From Perkinsus chesapeaki ATCC PRA-425 (lineage: Eukaryota > Protista > Perkinsozoa), in the NCBI GenBank assembly GCA_013115145.1, contig JAAPAO010000350.1:1-37145 (forward strand): a stretch of DNA of 37,145 bases, given 5' to 3'. Positions 1 to 13,159 of this stretch are shown here, piece by piece; within the stretch, counting starts at the first letter, position 1; each line of letters begins with the position of its first letter. The translations under genes and the position numbers were made by a program. The notes beneath the pieces were generated by a model. The model was not told the DNA's origin. It saw only the letters and a program-made list of their open reading frames with translations, and did not search any database.

Positions 1-2699
1 TGCTCAATTGTACTGGTCGAAGATGCAACAGAGCTGTCCGTAAGATTAAGCGCCGAGCTTTCCACAGCCGCAGTAGTTGGTAGCGCCAGTTTGCCATACA
101 GGCGTTGCGCCTCAGCCTCCATGAGCCCACCGAGAAGGTTATTCACGAGCGGAACGATGAGCATATCTTCCAAGTCCACCGATGCCTGATGACAGTTTGA
201 AACGGTTTCAGGCGCAAAGCTGCGCACGGGTGGAATTCTTTGGCGCTGAGATGGGAACAATGGCCGAAGTGAGATGCTTGGACCTTCTTATGCAACCAAC
301 GTCGCTGAATTCGATTCTGAAGTCAGTTTTGACTCTAGAAATCATTTCATGGAAATACTCAATTTTCAAAAATTTGCGCGCTTTTTGCGTTTAGCGCGCG
401 CCCAAACACGCACACTATGACAAATGCAAGGCTGGATCAACCGAAAAGCAAGTACAAGATCACATAAATTAGTTAGAAAAAGTTAGTCGCTATCTTGATT
501 AGTCGCTATCAAGACAAGCCCAGACAACGGGCTTTTCGGCCAGCGGCTAGCCGATTGCGTCGTTGCTTACGACTGGGGCCTCCAGTGGGATGAAGCAAGG
601 CGCCTAGATGAAGCCGAAGCTAGTTCAAGCAGCGATTTTCCTATTTCTTCATCTTCCAGCGATTCCAGCTCGGAGTCATCAGATAGCGACTAATCAAGAT
701 AGCGACTAACTTTTTCTGACTAATTTATGTGATCTTGTACTTACTTTTCGGTTGATCCAGCCTTGCATTTGTCATAGTGTGCGTGTTTGGGCGCGCGCTA
801 AACGCAAAAAGCGCGCAAATTTTTGAAAATTGAGTATTTCCATGAAATGATTTCTAGAGTCAAAACTGACTTCAGAATCAAATTCAGCGACGTTGGTTGC
901 ATAAGAATGTTCAAACATCTCACTTCGGCCATTGTTCCCATCTCAGCGCCAAAGAATTCTACCCGTGCGCGCCATTAGCAATTCCTCGAAGAAAAAGATG
1001 AAGACTTCATTATAAAGCTAATTTGGTAGAGCGGTGTCCAAGTCGACTTGGGTTAATCGGAAATCAGAAGCTTCGGAGAACTTCCAAATTCTTCTGCCAC
1101 ATACGCGCATCGATCCTTACCAATTGATGGAGCTCTTCCAGCTCATCATCAGATACTCCAGCAGCTTCAGCTTCCCGTACCAATGCGTACAGCTCTCGCA
1201 CCGTATCCTGCCATTCCAATAGAACTGCGGCTGAGATAGCGGCAGGCTGAACTGAAAAATAGGAGAGTTGGACTATAAATGATCTCGAGCAGAAGATTCG
1301 AGGCTCGAAGAAATTCGGGCTGATTTGGGTTAGAGCTCGTCGTCTGCGCCCAACTGCCCATTTTACGCCTCATCAGATATTCGAGCGGGGAAAAAATTTG
1401 AGGAAATTCCTTCGACTTTTGTATGTTCCACCATCGAGCGCATTTTCTGTAACTAATCAGAGAGAGATCGCAGAGGAAAGGTAAAAATGAATTATCAAGA
1501 TTTTCCCAAATGTTGACGGGAGATGCTGTATCATAGCAGCTGCATATGCACTCGTGAGCTCATGGATACCTCCCTGGGGAGTCTGAAGATTCTCCTTTGC
1601 TTTCGACATATTTTCTGATACTTCTTTTGGTGTGGTCAACTCGTTGGGCTGGTTTACTCGGCCGGGACGCCCCGTTGCACAAGATATGAGGGACAGAAGC
1701 TGCGTTGTCTAGCGTGAGTGTTGCAGCGCTCGTGTTGGTGTTCTCACGCTTAAATACCCAGTTGCAGTAATTATTCCCCTTTAATTTTACCTCCCGCCCA
1801 CCCTGGTGATGGGTCGACTGATCTCGTCGTTTTCGAAAGTGCTCCGAGACCCTCGGCCCATTTGCCGAGGTCGCTACGGCGGCCTCCGGCCCGCGCCCCA
1901 CCGCCAGGGAGGAAAGGCCGGGTAACAGCCATTGGCGGTCGAATTTCCTCACAAGTCGGAGCTGAGCGAAACAGTCTATACAGTAAAATGCAACTTCATT
2001 CGCCTACCTAGATTTTCACTTAACTTTTCCTCAGGACAATCCACTATTTCTATTCCTGAATTCATAAGATCTTCCAACTTCATGGGAGACGAACTTTTTG
2101 GCGAGACAATCCCTTCCGCCACCGTATCAGATATATGACCTGATTAACACAACAGTTAGAACTCCGCAAATTACCAAACTCTCCCGGTGAGTGCGCATTC
2201 CCAGTCAACTGAGGTTCGATTCCAGGCCTTGCGAAGCATTGAGGAAATTTTTCACAACAGTCGCAAACTAACTCGTGAATTTCAGTGAACTAAGTAATAG
2301 AGCAAGCTATTAAAATTCCACTGCACTCGCAGACCGCGCACGTCACAAGATTATGGTGCCACGTTAGAGTGCCTCTCGCCAGGAACCAACCTCTCTCAAA
2401 CGAATCAACGCCAGTCCGACCAGTGCCACATCCTGGATCTCGCACACCGATATGCAACGTAACCGCTCACCATTCCTGAAGACATTCTCTTTTTCCGCCG
2501 TTCTCTGTCTCCGTCGTCTATTCGCTCGGCTTCTGCGTTCCTCAGCATTGGCCCGCCTGAAACTTGAGCACTCTCTGAAATTAGCTTGACTTTCCTACAG
2601 TGCGGCTGGGGTGACTCCAAGGCTGACATCGCGCTCTGCTCGAATGCGTATCTTCTCCAGGTAGCTCAATAATGAAGTCGTTCGTCGTCCGTTATCCAT
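1..2699 (-). pseudogene. Multi-exon hypothetical gene running off the left edge; one exon is interrupted by the TIR element at 225-967
   Basis: Manual splicing gives coherent frames. ATG at 2699 (MDNGRRTTSLLSYLEKIR...), then ...LVREAEAAGVSDDELEELHQL, a GT-AG intron at 1018-1120, then LYNEVFIFFFEELLMARSFAPETVSNCHQASVDLEDMLIVPLVNNLLGGLMEAEAQRLYGK..., which is open only after removing 745 nt (element plus one TSD). Exon structure at 1250-2500 is only partly resolved. Confidence 0.55.
225..967. mobile_element. Non-autonomous long-TIR DNA transposon (CACTA/EnSpm, CMC-like): 5'-CACGGG...CCCGTG-3' termini, 286-bp TIRs, 2-bp CG TSD
   Basis: 225-510 is the reverse complement of 682-967 with about 7 mismatches; 171-bp spacer; CG at 223-224 and 968-969; removal restores the host frame. 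An equivalent reading is ACGGG termini with a GCGC TSD. The superfamily call rests only on CAC/GTG termini and the short TSD. Confidence 0.8.
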
Positions 2700-3790
2700 A
2701 TTAGTTCGTCAATTACACAGGTGACAGAGTTGTGAAATGGAATCCCCGAAAATGACAGAGCGAACTACGTATTTTGAAATTTCAGCAAAATTCTGAACAT
2801 AATGAAATAACAGTGATAGGTCGGGTCACTTATGAAAATAGGAATCAGGATAGTACTAATTTGTCGGGCAAATAATAATTGAACTTACATATCATCCTTG
2901 AAATAATATAACTGCTTTATAATTTAACTAACTTGTCAGAATCTAAATTTTATTACCTTATTTATTTAAATAAGTTAGAATTTAAATTTATTAAAATCTC
3001 TCAATTACCCACCACCTGTAGACTTCGCTGTACTTACTTGCTTTTGTGAAACGTTTTTTTTCGAAGGAGAGACTCGTTTGACTCCAAGGAATTGTGATCT
3101 CCAGGTCAAAAAATGTCGCAAATGCGTGACTCGCGCGGAAATATTCTTCCAAGGGGAAAGGGAACATCAAATTGACAGGAGGAATTCAATAATCAAATTC
3201 CTTCTAAGAGGTCTCCGTGCTACTCCAGGACTACTCTTGTTTCAGATGAGGTAGCACCTGAGGTGCCATTTGGCACATCGCCGAATTTCAACGCCGACAG
3301 GCTAAACGCCAGTGGAGAACATAGTTCGCATTTCTCCACTCGTACGTCTCCTTTTGAAACACACTTACGCCTTTACAGATAGAACTTTTGATGAGCATCT
3401 TATTTACAATTCGGAAGCCAAACTCATTGCGGAAAGCATGCCAGGTAAAGACAATGCTTCCTTCTCTTATAATAATAATCAAATTGACTGTTACTAAACC
3501 CAGCAACTCAGATAAGCAACATCGTTGACATTGGTCATGAAGTGCCCAAAGGGGCTGCTGCTACTGCTGCTAGTCTAGACAGTTCTGCACACAAATCTCG
3601 AGCGGCATCGACCAACCGAGGTGACCGCCCTGGAGGGTCTGACATAGCAAACAATGGTTTTTTTGCAAGTTTCGATAACACTACTCACCGTGAAGCCGCA
3701 AAAAGGTTCGCTCGATCTCGGTCTCCTCGAACGGCCTTCGGTTCACCACCCATCTGAGGAGATGATTATTGCTTCCTGTGCACGATGGCG

Positions 3791-3811
3791 GTCACGACTC
3801 GTGACTCAGAG
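3791..3811. repeat. 22-nt-type inverted-triplication scar of 8-mer GTCACGAG
   Basis: gtcacga-ctcgtgac-tcagag; 1-nt deletion in the right copy. Confidence 0.65.
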
Positions 3812-4323
3812 GTGAGATAAAGCATGCATACTCCAGGTAATCCCCTCTCACCGAGTTATCTCATCGACAGTCAAGCCTATATCATCCATCAGCTCATCAA
3901 TTCTATCATGACACTCTGCCACGGCGTGGATAATCTGACAGATCAAGGTTGAGCACAGAAATCCACCAGATCTCGGAAATAGGAATTGGCTGTAAACGCG
4001 GAACATCCTGAATGTGTCAGTAGTACTGAAACGTCCAAGTTGTTCAACTTTCTACTCTTGGCCGATTTAGTTTTTTTTTTCTACTTAATCGACTAAGTCG
4101 TAGTCAGGGTTCAAGAACGTTAAATATCTGATACATGATCTCGAGGCTCTGATTATAAGCACAGAAGGTGTCAATAATAAAATCACTCCCAGCAGCCGAA
4201 GGAAGAGGCACCGCCAAGTGCCAAACAAGTTTGACATATGACCTTCGAACGAATATCAGTATTTTTTTCTTTTATGGCAGAACAATACAGAGTAGTTTAA
4301 CGAGAATCCGACAGAGACGAATT

Positions 4324-7300
4324 CTAGCACTAGGTGCCCGCGCCATCGATGGAGCAGGAACCGAAAGCTATACCTGTTCATTATTCTCTTTCCCTTCTAT
4401 CAACAACTCTCTTGCCCGTTGAGTCTCAGCCTGCCACTCGAGGCATGTCTCGATCATTTTCTGCACTAATGTTGATTTCTTCTGCGCTGCTTCAGTGTCG
4501 CCTCCTCCAGTTGCTGAAATACACACTTTGTCCAATTTGGAAAATCCAAAAAATAAAGCTATCGAAAATCACAAAGGATATTTTCAAAGTCGTCTTTTAT
4601 GAGCTACGTTATAACTCCCAGTAATCCCTCAACGCCTATCTGTCCTCAAACAGTAGTGGCAGTTTCCACCCTGTGTCTCGGGTCAGCCCCCCCCTTATAT
4701 TTAATGTTAATAATTCTGGATATCCCGCTGGGTAATAATTCATCTCTTTAAGCTCTCGGAGCAGAAGCCCTGACGACTTCACAGACCTTACCAAGCAATG
4801 GGCGAGCAACTTCATTCAAGTCCTTCCTAACGCTTTCTACTTCATCCCCAAGACGCTCTAGATTCGATACCCTGAAAAGGAGATTAAGCCAACAACTTCT
4901 CAACCTACCTCACCTTTCCTGTATGCCTCGTACTTCCCCAGCGACCTCTGTGATGGCGTCCTGGGAAGATTGCTGAGCTTGCTGTGGATTGCCTCCAGAC
5001 GGCGATAGGTTCTCAAGCCCATCCAGTCTCGCTGCGATACTATCGCATCTGAGAGATACACTTTGAGGAACGCCCAACGGGAATCGAGAGGATCAAGGAG
5101 GACGGCTAATCGATCAAGAAAAAGTCGGAGAGATTTTGTAATTTTCCGTGTTTTTTTGTAATATTCAGTAAATTGAACCCGGAAATAATCGTGAAATCTC
5201 GCAAAATTTTCGCCCATTTTTGCCCTGATGGTGTTAAGCATTCCGTAAGAAGTTTCACAACCCGAGGAACCCAACAAAGCTAGTCGGCAGCTGTTTTGCA
5301 TTTCACCTTAAAGTTCATCACATTACATTCTACTGTAACATTCAATGCATTTACCACAAAAGTCTCAGCGAATCCAGATGATACTTAACTCCCGGAAGAA
5401 TTGCTTTGTTGCCTACCTCTTCCCAAGGCGTTCCCGATCCTCAGCACTATCATCCAGCAGTTGTCGAAGCCGCTTCGCTCCGCTGTGTAAATTATCAATT
5501 TTCTCCTCGGTATTATTTGCCAATTCCTCTATCGCTCCACGCAGGTTCATTGTCGCTTCCTGCAGTTTGCGCTCGAGCTCTTGTGAGATTTCGCTGGCAT
5601 CATTTTGCCGCGAGGACTTCTGACCACAAAGAAGCATAAACTTCTGACCTTTGAGATCACAGACCCCCGCCGATCGCCGTCTGGGACGTATTTGCAATAT
5701 TATTAATATTATCAGTGCAAAGAGCAGCAACAGCAACCAAGAGCATATCCCCCCTGTCCAGGCACAGAAAAGCACCAAAACCAAATGTTCCAACAAGCCC
5801 GTGAGAACTACTCACGCGCGCCACCAAATTCAGCACAGAGGGCACGACGTCAATTTCCTCCAACTCCGAGCTTGATGACCGATAAACTGACTAATAATAT
5901 TTCTTACCTCATCAAAAGCATCATTAATTTCCTTCATTTCCACCTTAACCCTCCTCAACATCCCCTCCACTTGCTCCCTATCCGCCTTCTCCTCAATCTC
6001 CTTCATTAATCCCTGCTCTATATTTTCCATTCTCTCCGCCACACTGCCATTAAGGCGTGTTTGGCCTTCCTCAAGTGCGGTGATTCTGTCATCTGTTCGA
6101 TTGACAGCCTCCGATTGCGCTATCAGTCCGGAGTCCAGCTCCTCCGCGACTTTAGAAAGCGCTGCGTTGATAGCTAACACAGAAGGAGGACTATTTCGAA
6201 ATCTCGGTCGTGAAAAGTGAGGTTCCAACATATTTCGGAATGGAAGAAGATACTACTAAAGTAGTAAAGCCAGTAGCAGCAGCGGAAGCCATGAAATAGT
6301 ATTCCATCAATTACAGTGATGAAGAATAAATATTCTATACCTCTGCCAGCAGCTGACCCACACCCCCTTAACGCCCTAAACACCCGAATTTCGGGTTTCG
6401 GGTTTTCGGGTTTCGCTTGTCTCCCCTGCCTCCTCCCTTTACTACAATTATCAGTTTCAGCCAGTTGCCCTTCTAATATCTCCATTCTTTTCCAACACCC
6501 TCCCATCCGACTGTCAACTTCGTCGACACGCTCCTCCAACCTGATCGAACCAACAAGTCCAAATACCAATGTTCATGCTTGTGAACTCTCCAAGCCAATA
6601 ACGATACAGATCTGCGATCCGCAATGCCCACCACGTTGCATCGTTAAACCAACACTACCGCCGTAGTACTCATCAATAGACTAAGTAAGTACAAGTGAGA
6701 GCCTGTAGCGAGCAGTTTGCCAGTTCTGAGCATACTCGAACATTTTCCCCGAATCGCTTGCACAATCCACATCCATACAGATTCCCCACCGCTCAGACGG
6801 CCTTACCTATTAATTTCACTCAAAGCCTTCTCTTCCATCTCATCTCTAACTCTATTAATTTGGACCTTGAAATGTCCGCATTAGCCTTGACCAAAGAACA
6901 CGATATGATTACGTGTGACGCGGCAGTCGCCTTATCGATTCTCCGGGCTAGTTCGTCACCGCTTTCTGCTAGGACGCCCAACACCTACAGTAACAGAAGC
7001 TGTCTAAAAGATAAGCAAAGACAATAAATCTAAAACGGCGTTTCATTAGCGCACAAAAATGGATTCGCGATCGATTTACTCATAAAGACTTTATCATCGG
7101 GACGCGACTATTCGGAAATCCACCAGACGGGGGGAGGCGGAGAACTTCATCAGAAAACATCAAGTAGAATTGGAAAATTCAAGTGCGCTTATTAATGCAT
7201 CGGAGAGTCCTTGTAAGGATGAGAGTTTGAGGAAGTATGGTAGAAATCATTGTGAGGGTACTACTTCTCGCTCACGCAGAAATATGTTCCCGATTGAACC

Positions 7301-9383
7301 GCACTATGAAATTAGTTAATTTTTCATCAAGTAAAATTCGTCGAATAGAGCGATATAAGTGTAAGTTCCCCTTACTACCTTCGCCTGTGAACCCGCCAGC
7401 TCTCCCCTTAGCTGCTGAACATGCCCTTGCAATCGATCATGTACATCCCCCAACGCCCTCGACACTTCATCGGACCTAACTCAACCATCTAGAGAATTCC
7501 TAATTTCCACAGGCCGATGACCTCCGCGCCGAAACCTGCGTAAATTCCAGACGAACCTCCTCCACCATCGACCGCGCTTCTTCCCTCTCGCACATGGATT
7601 CCTTCAAGCTCGCAATTGTGTCATCAAACCTCTCTTGCACCTTTGAAAAAAGCTGCCATAGAAAAGCCTCAGTAATTTACCTTTTCCGCCGCTTCCCGAA
7701 CATGTCCTTTCATTGCCTTCTCAACCTCATCTTGGACCATTTTTAGTGTCACGTCAGCTTCCAATCGATTAAACCTAAACCGCAGGTCACCCTCATGCCG
7801 CTCGAACCGGACATGTTCCTCCTCGCCAATTGCAGAGATTTCCTCGTTCCAAAATATTTCCTCACAAGTTCGTCTATTTAGATTCGATCGCCCCCCCCCA
7901 AATTCTACACTCTAAGCGTAACCCACCAAAACTGCTTCCCCTAGTTGTTATTACATTTCCTCTTTCCATTGATTCTCATACGCTTCTTTGACATGCTCTC
8001 CAACCATAGAGATTACTTCAGCGCGAAGCCTCGTTTTAACCTAAGGACACTGCTGTTAACATTTCCCAGACACATACGTATAAATTGTCCAATTATTGCT
8101 GTCTATTAAGACGTAATCATTCCTGCTCGTTTCTGAATATGGATTCGAAGGCTGTCCCACGACTCCATCTTCATAAAGGACAACATAGCGCGAAACAGTG
8201 ATTGTAGATAGCAGCCAGGAGATTTCGTAAAATACCATACTTCCTCAAAATCGTCTGCTAATCCCTTTATAGCAGCCTTCGTTAACTTTGACAGGAGTTC
8301 TTCATTCATCTGTTTCTCATATTCCCCTTCAAAGTACTCTCGGCCTGACAAAGAGAAGCCTGAATTCAGACAAAGCATTATAGACTTCGAAAATGGCCAT
8401 CAAATGTAATTAAACGGAACCTTCCTCATCATCACTAATGGAAGAATTTTGCCGAGTGCCGAGTTTTACATCTTCTGTGGGCTATCTCGAATGAACACTA
8501 CGCAAATTCTAGAGTAAACATACGGAAAAGATACTCCAATCCGACCTGAGATGTATCCTTGTTAGAGCCACACCCGTAAGATTCTACATAACCGGATCTA
8601 ACCTCACGAACTTTATCTAAACCTCAAGAGAAGTGAACTCGGACGCGACAACAACTGAGTTAGAAGGGACCTAGGTAAATAAACTTACACTGAACAGCGG
8701 CGGCCTCCATAAAATGTTTCGTGGCTTCGAAAGCTCGATCTCTGTTTTCGTTGACAGCGATATTGCTGAGCTTTCTTACTTCCTCTAGGCAACTGATCAG
8801 AAAACTTCAATTTATCCGGTGTGGGGAAACAATTGTGAAGATTTTATTAGTCATTCCTTCTGGCATAAATCAGGCTCAGGATACCATATATGGGGATATC
8901 TGTTATCGGTACTGGTGCTAGTATTGGCCAAAGTACGGTATGAAGACATAGGTCGATTTATATCATCGAAAAGGCAGCAACCAGCACCCATTGAGACATT
9001 CCTTAATGGATAATCCATAAATTAGGAACGATCATGATCAGACCGAATTTCCCTTCCCGTTTACTCATCTTTAGCACGCTGGAATTCATCAGCCATCAGC
9101 GCCTGTGAATCCTTATGTCGTTCCAACATAGCTTTGAAGCACTTTAATTGTCTTTCTTGTTCCTATCAAAAATCCTATATAAGTCATCTTTACAAGCCTT
9201 GTCTTCTGTCATCTTTACCTCGCACAAGCACTGTACTTTAACTGTCATTCCCGACATTGCCGCACTAAGGAATTTCTCCAACTCTGGAGAAGCCAGTCTG
9301 AATTCGACGGCTAAGACCGGAATTCGAGAAGGCAGCTCACCTTGGGCCGATTCCATGTGAGATGTAGGCTCCAGCGGGAGCAA
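4324..9383 (-). CDS. Long multi-exon coiled-coil hypothetical protein (may be two genes; ends approximate)
   Basis: Series of heptad-rich exons separated by short GT-AG introns, e.g. EQERQLKCFKAMLERHKDSQ, VKTRLRAEVISMVGEHVKEAYENQWKE, RITALEEGQTRLNGSVAERMENIEQG, ITEVAGEVRGIQERVSNLERLGDEVESVRKDLNEVARP. Starts about 215 bp from thioredoxin, divergently. Not every junction could be phased. Confidence 0.6.
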
Positions 9384-9598
9384 CAGAAGCGTGGGGCATT
9401 GTGATACACGGTCGAAGAGCGTACAGCAATGTGCGCCGATTACACATGAGAAAAAATTCCTTTATCTCGACGTTTTTGCACGTGCCACAACACTCAGCTT
9501 GTGCGGATTCCGCTAGTATCTGTTTACTTAGCTTCGCTTCTACATGTCAGTCTTACAAACATTAATTAGTAAATTGCTGTTTTAAACTCGTTTTCATT

Positions 9599-10009
9599 AT
9601 GTCTGTTTCTCACGTGAACACCGTTGAAGCTCTTAACAAGGCATTTGCCGATGCTGGTGACAAGTTGGTGGTTGTGGATTACTTCGCAACTTGGTGCGGT
9701 CCCTGCATGATGATGAAACCCAAATTCGAGGCCATGGCCAAAGAATTCGACGGCAAGGTAAGATACCCCATTCCGATTCCAAAAGTATATTTTTATTTTC
9801 AGGCCATTTTCGTTAAGGTCGACGTTGATGAATCCGAGGAGGTTGCGGAGAAGGCTGGCATTCAGGTTCTTCCCACATTCATGCTTTACAAGGGAGGAAA
9901 CAAGGTAACCTCGAAAATATCTTTAGGCGGTTTATTATACTTGCAGGTTGCCGAGATGAGTGGTGCCAGCGATGCTAAGCTACGTGACTTGGTTAACGCC
10001 AACTGTTAA
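9599..10009 (+). CDS. TRX: Thioredoxin, 107 aa after splicing (introns 9758-9802 and 9905-9946)
   Basis: VVVDYFATWCGPC active site, FVKVDVDE and cis-Pro motif VLPTF; two GT-AG introns of 45 and 42 nt read through in the ORF track. Confidence 0.95.
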   Translation: MSVSHVNTVEALNKAFADAGDKLVVVDYFATWCGPCMMMKPKFEAMAKEFDGKVRYPIPIPKVYFYFQAIFVKVDVDESEEVAEKAGIQVLPTFMLYKGGNKVTSKISLGGLLYLQVAEMSGASDAKLRDLVNANC

Positions 10010-10791
10010 GTGTTGCTACACTGACGAAAGGTCGATTATATACTTGTTAATTGTTGCTGAGTATTATTGTCAAAAAGATATCTATCAGCACATTTTACTG
10101 TATTATGGATTGAGTTCTGAATTTAAATAATAAATGTTGGTAAAAAATGGTATACGGTTAATTGTAAATGAGTAGTTATCGATAACAACTTTGCTGCTGC
10201 AATCTCGCTCTCGGTAGAGGAACTTTCAAAGTCGTGGAGTAGAGGAACTAAACCCTTGACTCGGACTCCCCGGTGCCGCGAGAAACTCACTTGTATGACC
10301 TTAACAGAATGTGAGCAATTGTCCAGCTGGTCAGTTGGTCGTTCCTGATGTTATATTTAACCTATAGTCAAACAGACCTATTAACCAGCTTATCAAATTC
10401 ACTGTATCGAAGCAGCTTGCTTCGAAGGAACTAAGTAGAGCTAGACAAGCGCCAGATGAGGCGATGCGGCTACAGAACGTTCATGTCCCTTAACCGTCAA
10501 GCGGTGTGACGTAACGTGACTCTTCGGCGGCATTACGCCAGCACGGTGTGTATCGTGAATGGGTATACCCTTCCTGAAGTTGAATTAACTGCTGAAGCTC
10601 AACGTTTGTAACTTGTGAGAATTACAACGGTATCTACGGTAAATAGCCTACATGAGGTAGACTCGAAATAATAATACCTATTGCGTTTGTTTGACTGATA
10701 GATCTGACTATATCGAGCTCTCATACTGCCCAGATTCTTCTTGATCAAAAGGGGCCAGCAGGAGTGAAAAAAAAGAATACCCTGAACAGAC

Positions 10792-11562
10792 TTAACCATA
10801 CAAAGCTCCTTGCGCAAGGATAACATCACCATGGACCTTATCGGCCCCGTTGCTTTTCAAGCCATAACGGAAGATAACATTATGAAACCATCCATTATCA
10901 ATTTGGGAAAGCGTTACTTCCATCAACATATCCAGCTCCTCGCCATTGCTATTGACATTCTGCTCCCATTTCCAAAACAACACACTGTGACCCATGTTGC
11001 TTCCGATAACTACGCCGTGTTCAGTGTGCCACGGGATCTCGATTTTGGAAATACCGTTGCCCTCTATGTTTCCGAAAGCTAAGGCCGTGAACATTAAGTA
11101 CCCTTCAGAACCATCAGAAAAATTGGCACCCGTGAAGATTTCAGACCCTTTGAGGCCAGCTGGGTGCAGGCGCAGCGTGTAGCCACCAACTTCAAAGAGT
11201 AAGGTTGCGAATCCATAGCATCGAACTAGAACGTCCCGGATCGAACCATTTTCATACTTCATAAGGTCGAAGCGGATATTGAAGTTGCCCCAATGCTTGG
11301 GGTCATTTGTTTTCAACCAAATACCAGTGCCATTTGAGTTCTCATCAACGACGTTATAGATGCAGGTCTTTTCCCAGACCACAGGATCTTCCTGGTCAGC
11401 AGGACGGAAATATGAGGTTGTGGGGCCACCGTTACATCCTTTAGGGAAATCAGACGTCACCGTTAATTTGGCAGATACTGGAGAAAGGAGCATACCACAC
11501 ATGATAATACAGAAGCACATCATTGTAGAGCGAATTGGTAGTTTGCTTCTCTGAAGGGTCAT
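10792..11562 (-). CDS. Secreted protein of unknown function, family A copy 1 (intronless)
   Basis: Long open frame; hydrophobic signal MMCFCIIMCGMLLSPVSA; shares DFPxGCNGGP...VWEKTCIYNV...IDNGW motifs with copies 2 and 3. First ATG at 11562 (the ORF track start is a GTG); 11523 is an alternative start. Confidence 0.85.
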   Translation of the reverse strand: MTLQRSKLPIRSTMMCFCIIMCGMLLSPVSAKLTVTSDFPKGCNGGPTTSYFRPADQEDPVVWEKTCIYNVVDENSNGTGIWLKTNDPKHWGNFNIRFDLMKYENGSIRDVLVRCYGFATLLFEVGGYTLRLHPAGLKGSEIFTGANFSDGSEGYLMFTALAFGNIEGNGISKIEIPWHTEHGVVIGSNMGHSVLFWKWEQNVNSNGEELDMLMEVTLSQIDNGWFHNVIFRYGLKSNGADKVHGDVILAQGALYG

Positions 11563-11803
11563 TTGATATTTGGTGAACCTAACCACAGCTTATCAAAAAA
11601 CTTCGGCTTGAACTCTATATGAAAGCTTAAACGACGCGACGCCGATACCATCATCCACTCCGCCGGCGACGCCAAACTGAGACGCCCACACTTTTTGTGC
11701 TGTACATCCGTGATTGCAACCTGTCGGCCTTGGACCGACAGGTAAGGTTGGTAGTCTAAAGGTTTCAATATCCTATGATCAGATCATACAGAGTGGATGG
11801 CGG

Positions 11804-11825
11804 CCATAAGCCTCATGGCATAAGG
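11804..11825. repeat. Inverted-triplication scar of 8-mer CCATAAGG
   Basis: ccataag-cctcatgg-cataagg; 1 substitution. Confidence 0.7.
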
Positions 11826-13159
11826 CGCTAGACCTTCGACTTTTCTTCGACAACCAGACACCACGTGCGAGGAGATTAGATGGAGCTAAACGGCAACCTC
11901 CTGAAAGCTCTCTTCTAATCCCCGTGCGCAGTTCGTGCCTTTGAAAAACTTCAAGGCAGTCTGTGATATGTACTTAAGACCCCAAGGGAACAGCAAGCCA
12001 ACTTCTACAAGGGAGGCAGCAATCTCACAATACTTATTTGCACGCGTGGTGGCTCGCCTGTAGCCTTTTGGGAACTGCCAAATTCTTTGGGTCAGCTAAG
12101 CTGACAGCGCACTGGACACATATCTTGAAAGCTGACTCAGCTTCAAGCACCTCACACTATGGTACAGCACCTTTGGGCACCTCACATATGGTGGCATATA
12201 ACCAGCTGGCTTCCTGAAATGTTGGGCTCACATATGTTCACGGGAAAATTTATTTTCGAGCGAACTTTACGGAGCTGATTTCTATAACCGACAGACTGAG
12301 TTACGCGCAAGGTGCAGCCTTTGATATAGCTAAGCAGTCTTTCCAAGCCACAGTCCGACTTTTCTATCCGTGAAACAAGGCTGGTATTGAACTCAGCCCT
12401 TTAACGATCTGTGCCGACTGCTTCTAAGTGTGTTCATTGAGAAGCAAGTGCCTTTATCGACAAGCCCTCTTGTGCTAATTGTATAACAATAATTGTTCCC
12501 AATTATTCCATTTGTACGTAAAAAACGCCTCCCCTTTAAAGATGGCCACCTCACCGCAAAACTAAGCGATGAAGCGAAAAAGAGGAGGTTTACTCGGAGG
12601 TTATGATATCAAGTAAGATGATACGATTTTCAATGAAAATAGTGTTTGAGTTGGTTCAATTTGATAAAGTGAGTTTATATCAATATCAACTCATAGTTTC
12701 ACTTAGCAGCAATTCTCATCAAAATTCTTTTGAGAAACATTTTCTCCTCGAGATCAAGTCTAAGCGCCAGCAAAGCTAGCAACTGATGACAATATGAGTT
12801 ACTCAATAACGCAATAGTGATACTTAGCTCAAGACTTAGCCAGGTATTATATTCTTGGTTCGTTTGTTCAGTTATGTATATACCGTGAAACAAGCAGAGC
12901 TAGAGCACAATTGTATGAAGCAGCATGTGAGAGTTTCACACTGTTAAACAATTGTACACGAAACGCGCATGTACGAACTGCAAGTTTATGAACCGCACTG
13001 ACAGCTACTCCCAGCTTTTAGGCATTGTCGTGGCATGTTTCGAGGTTCATGTTCTTAGTGGTAAAATTGAGTTGGGTAAAAGTTGAGCAAAGAATGAATT
13101 TGCATATCGGTTCGATCGCAACTGTGGAGAATAAATCTCATTGTAAATAGAAAAATAGA

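Noticed and set aside
225-967. Element acting as a self-removing intron (introner) or being a hAT element
   Set aside because: The GT at 962-961 with the available AG sites gives net +2, +20, +28 or -32 nt, none in frame; no 8-bp TSD at any symmetric boundary tested.
1560-1562. Selenocysteine UGA readthrough (also the TGAs at about 31600-31660), prompted by nearby PSTK
   Set aside because: No redox motif context, no SECIS-like element or tRNA-Sec identified; the frames are better explained by introns or pseudogenisation.
2205-2235. tRNA gene (gaggttcgattccagg)
   Set aside because: Only a B-box-like core; T-stem does not pair and no cloverleaf.
2880-3005. AT-rich tract as a replication origin or centromere
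   Set aside because: Short low-complexity intergenic sequence with no diagnostic feature.
12478-12497. Additional scar candidates (also about 12091, 12129, 11774, 18873, 18909, 27301)
   Set aside because: Only one palindrome is complete, or the centre bases violate the formula; not counted among the 14.
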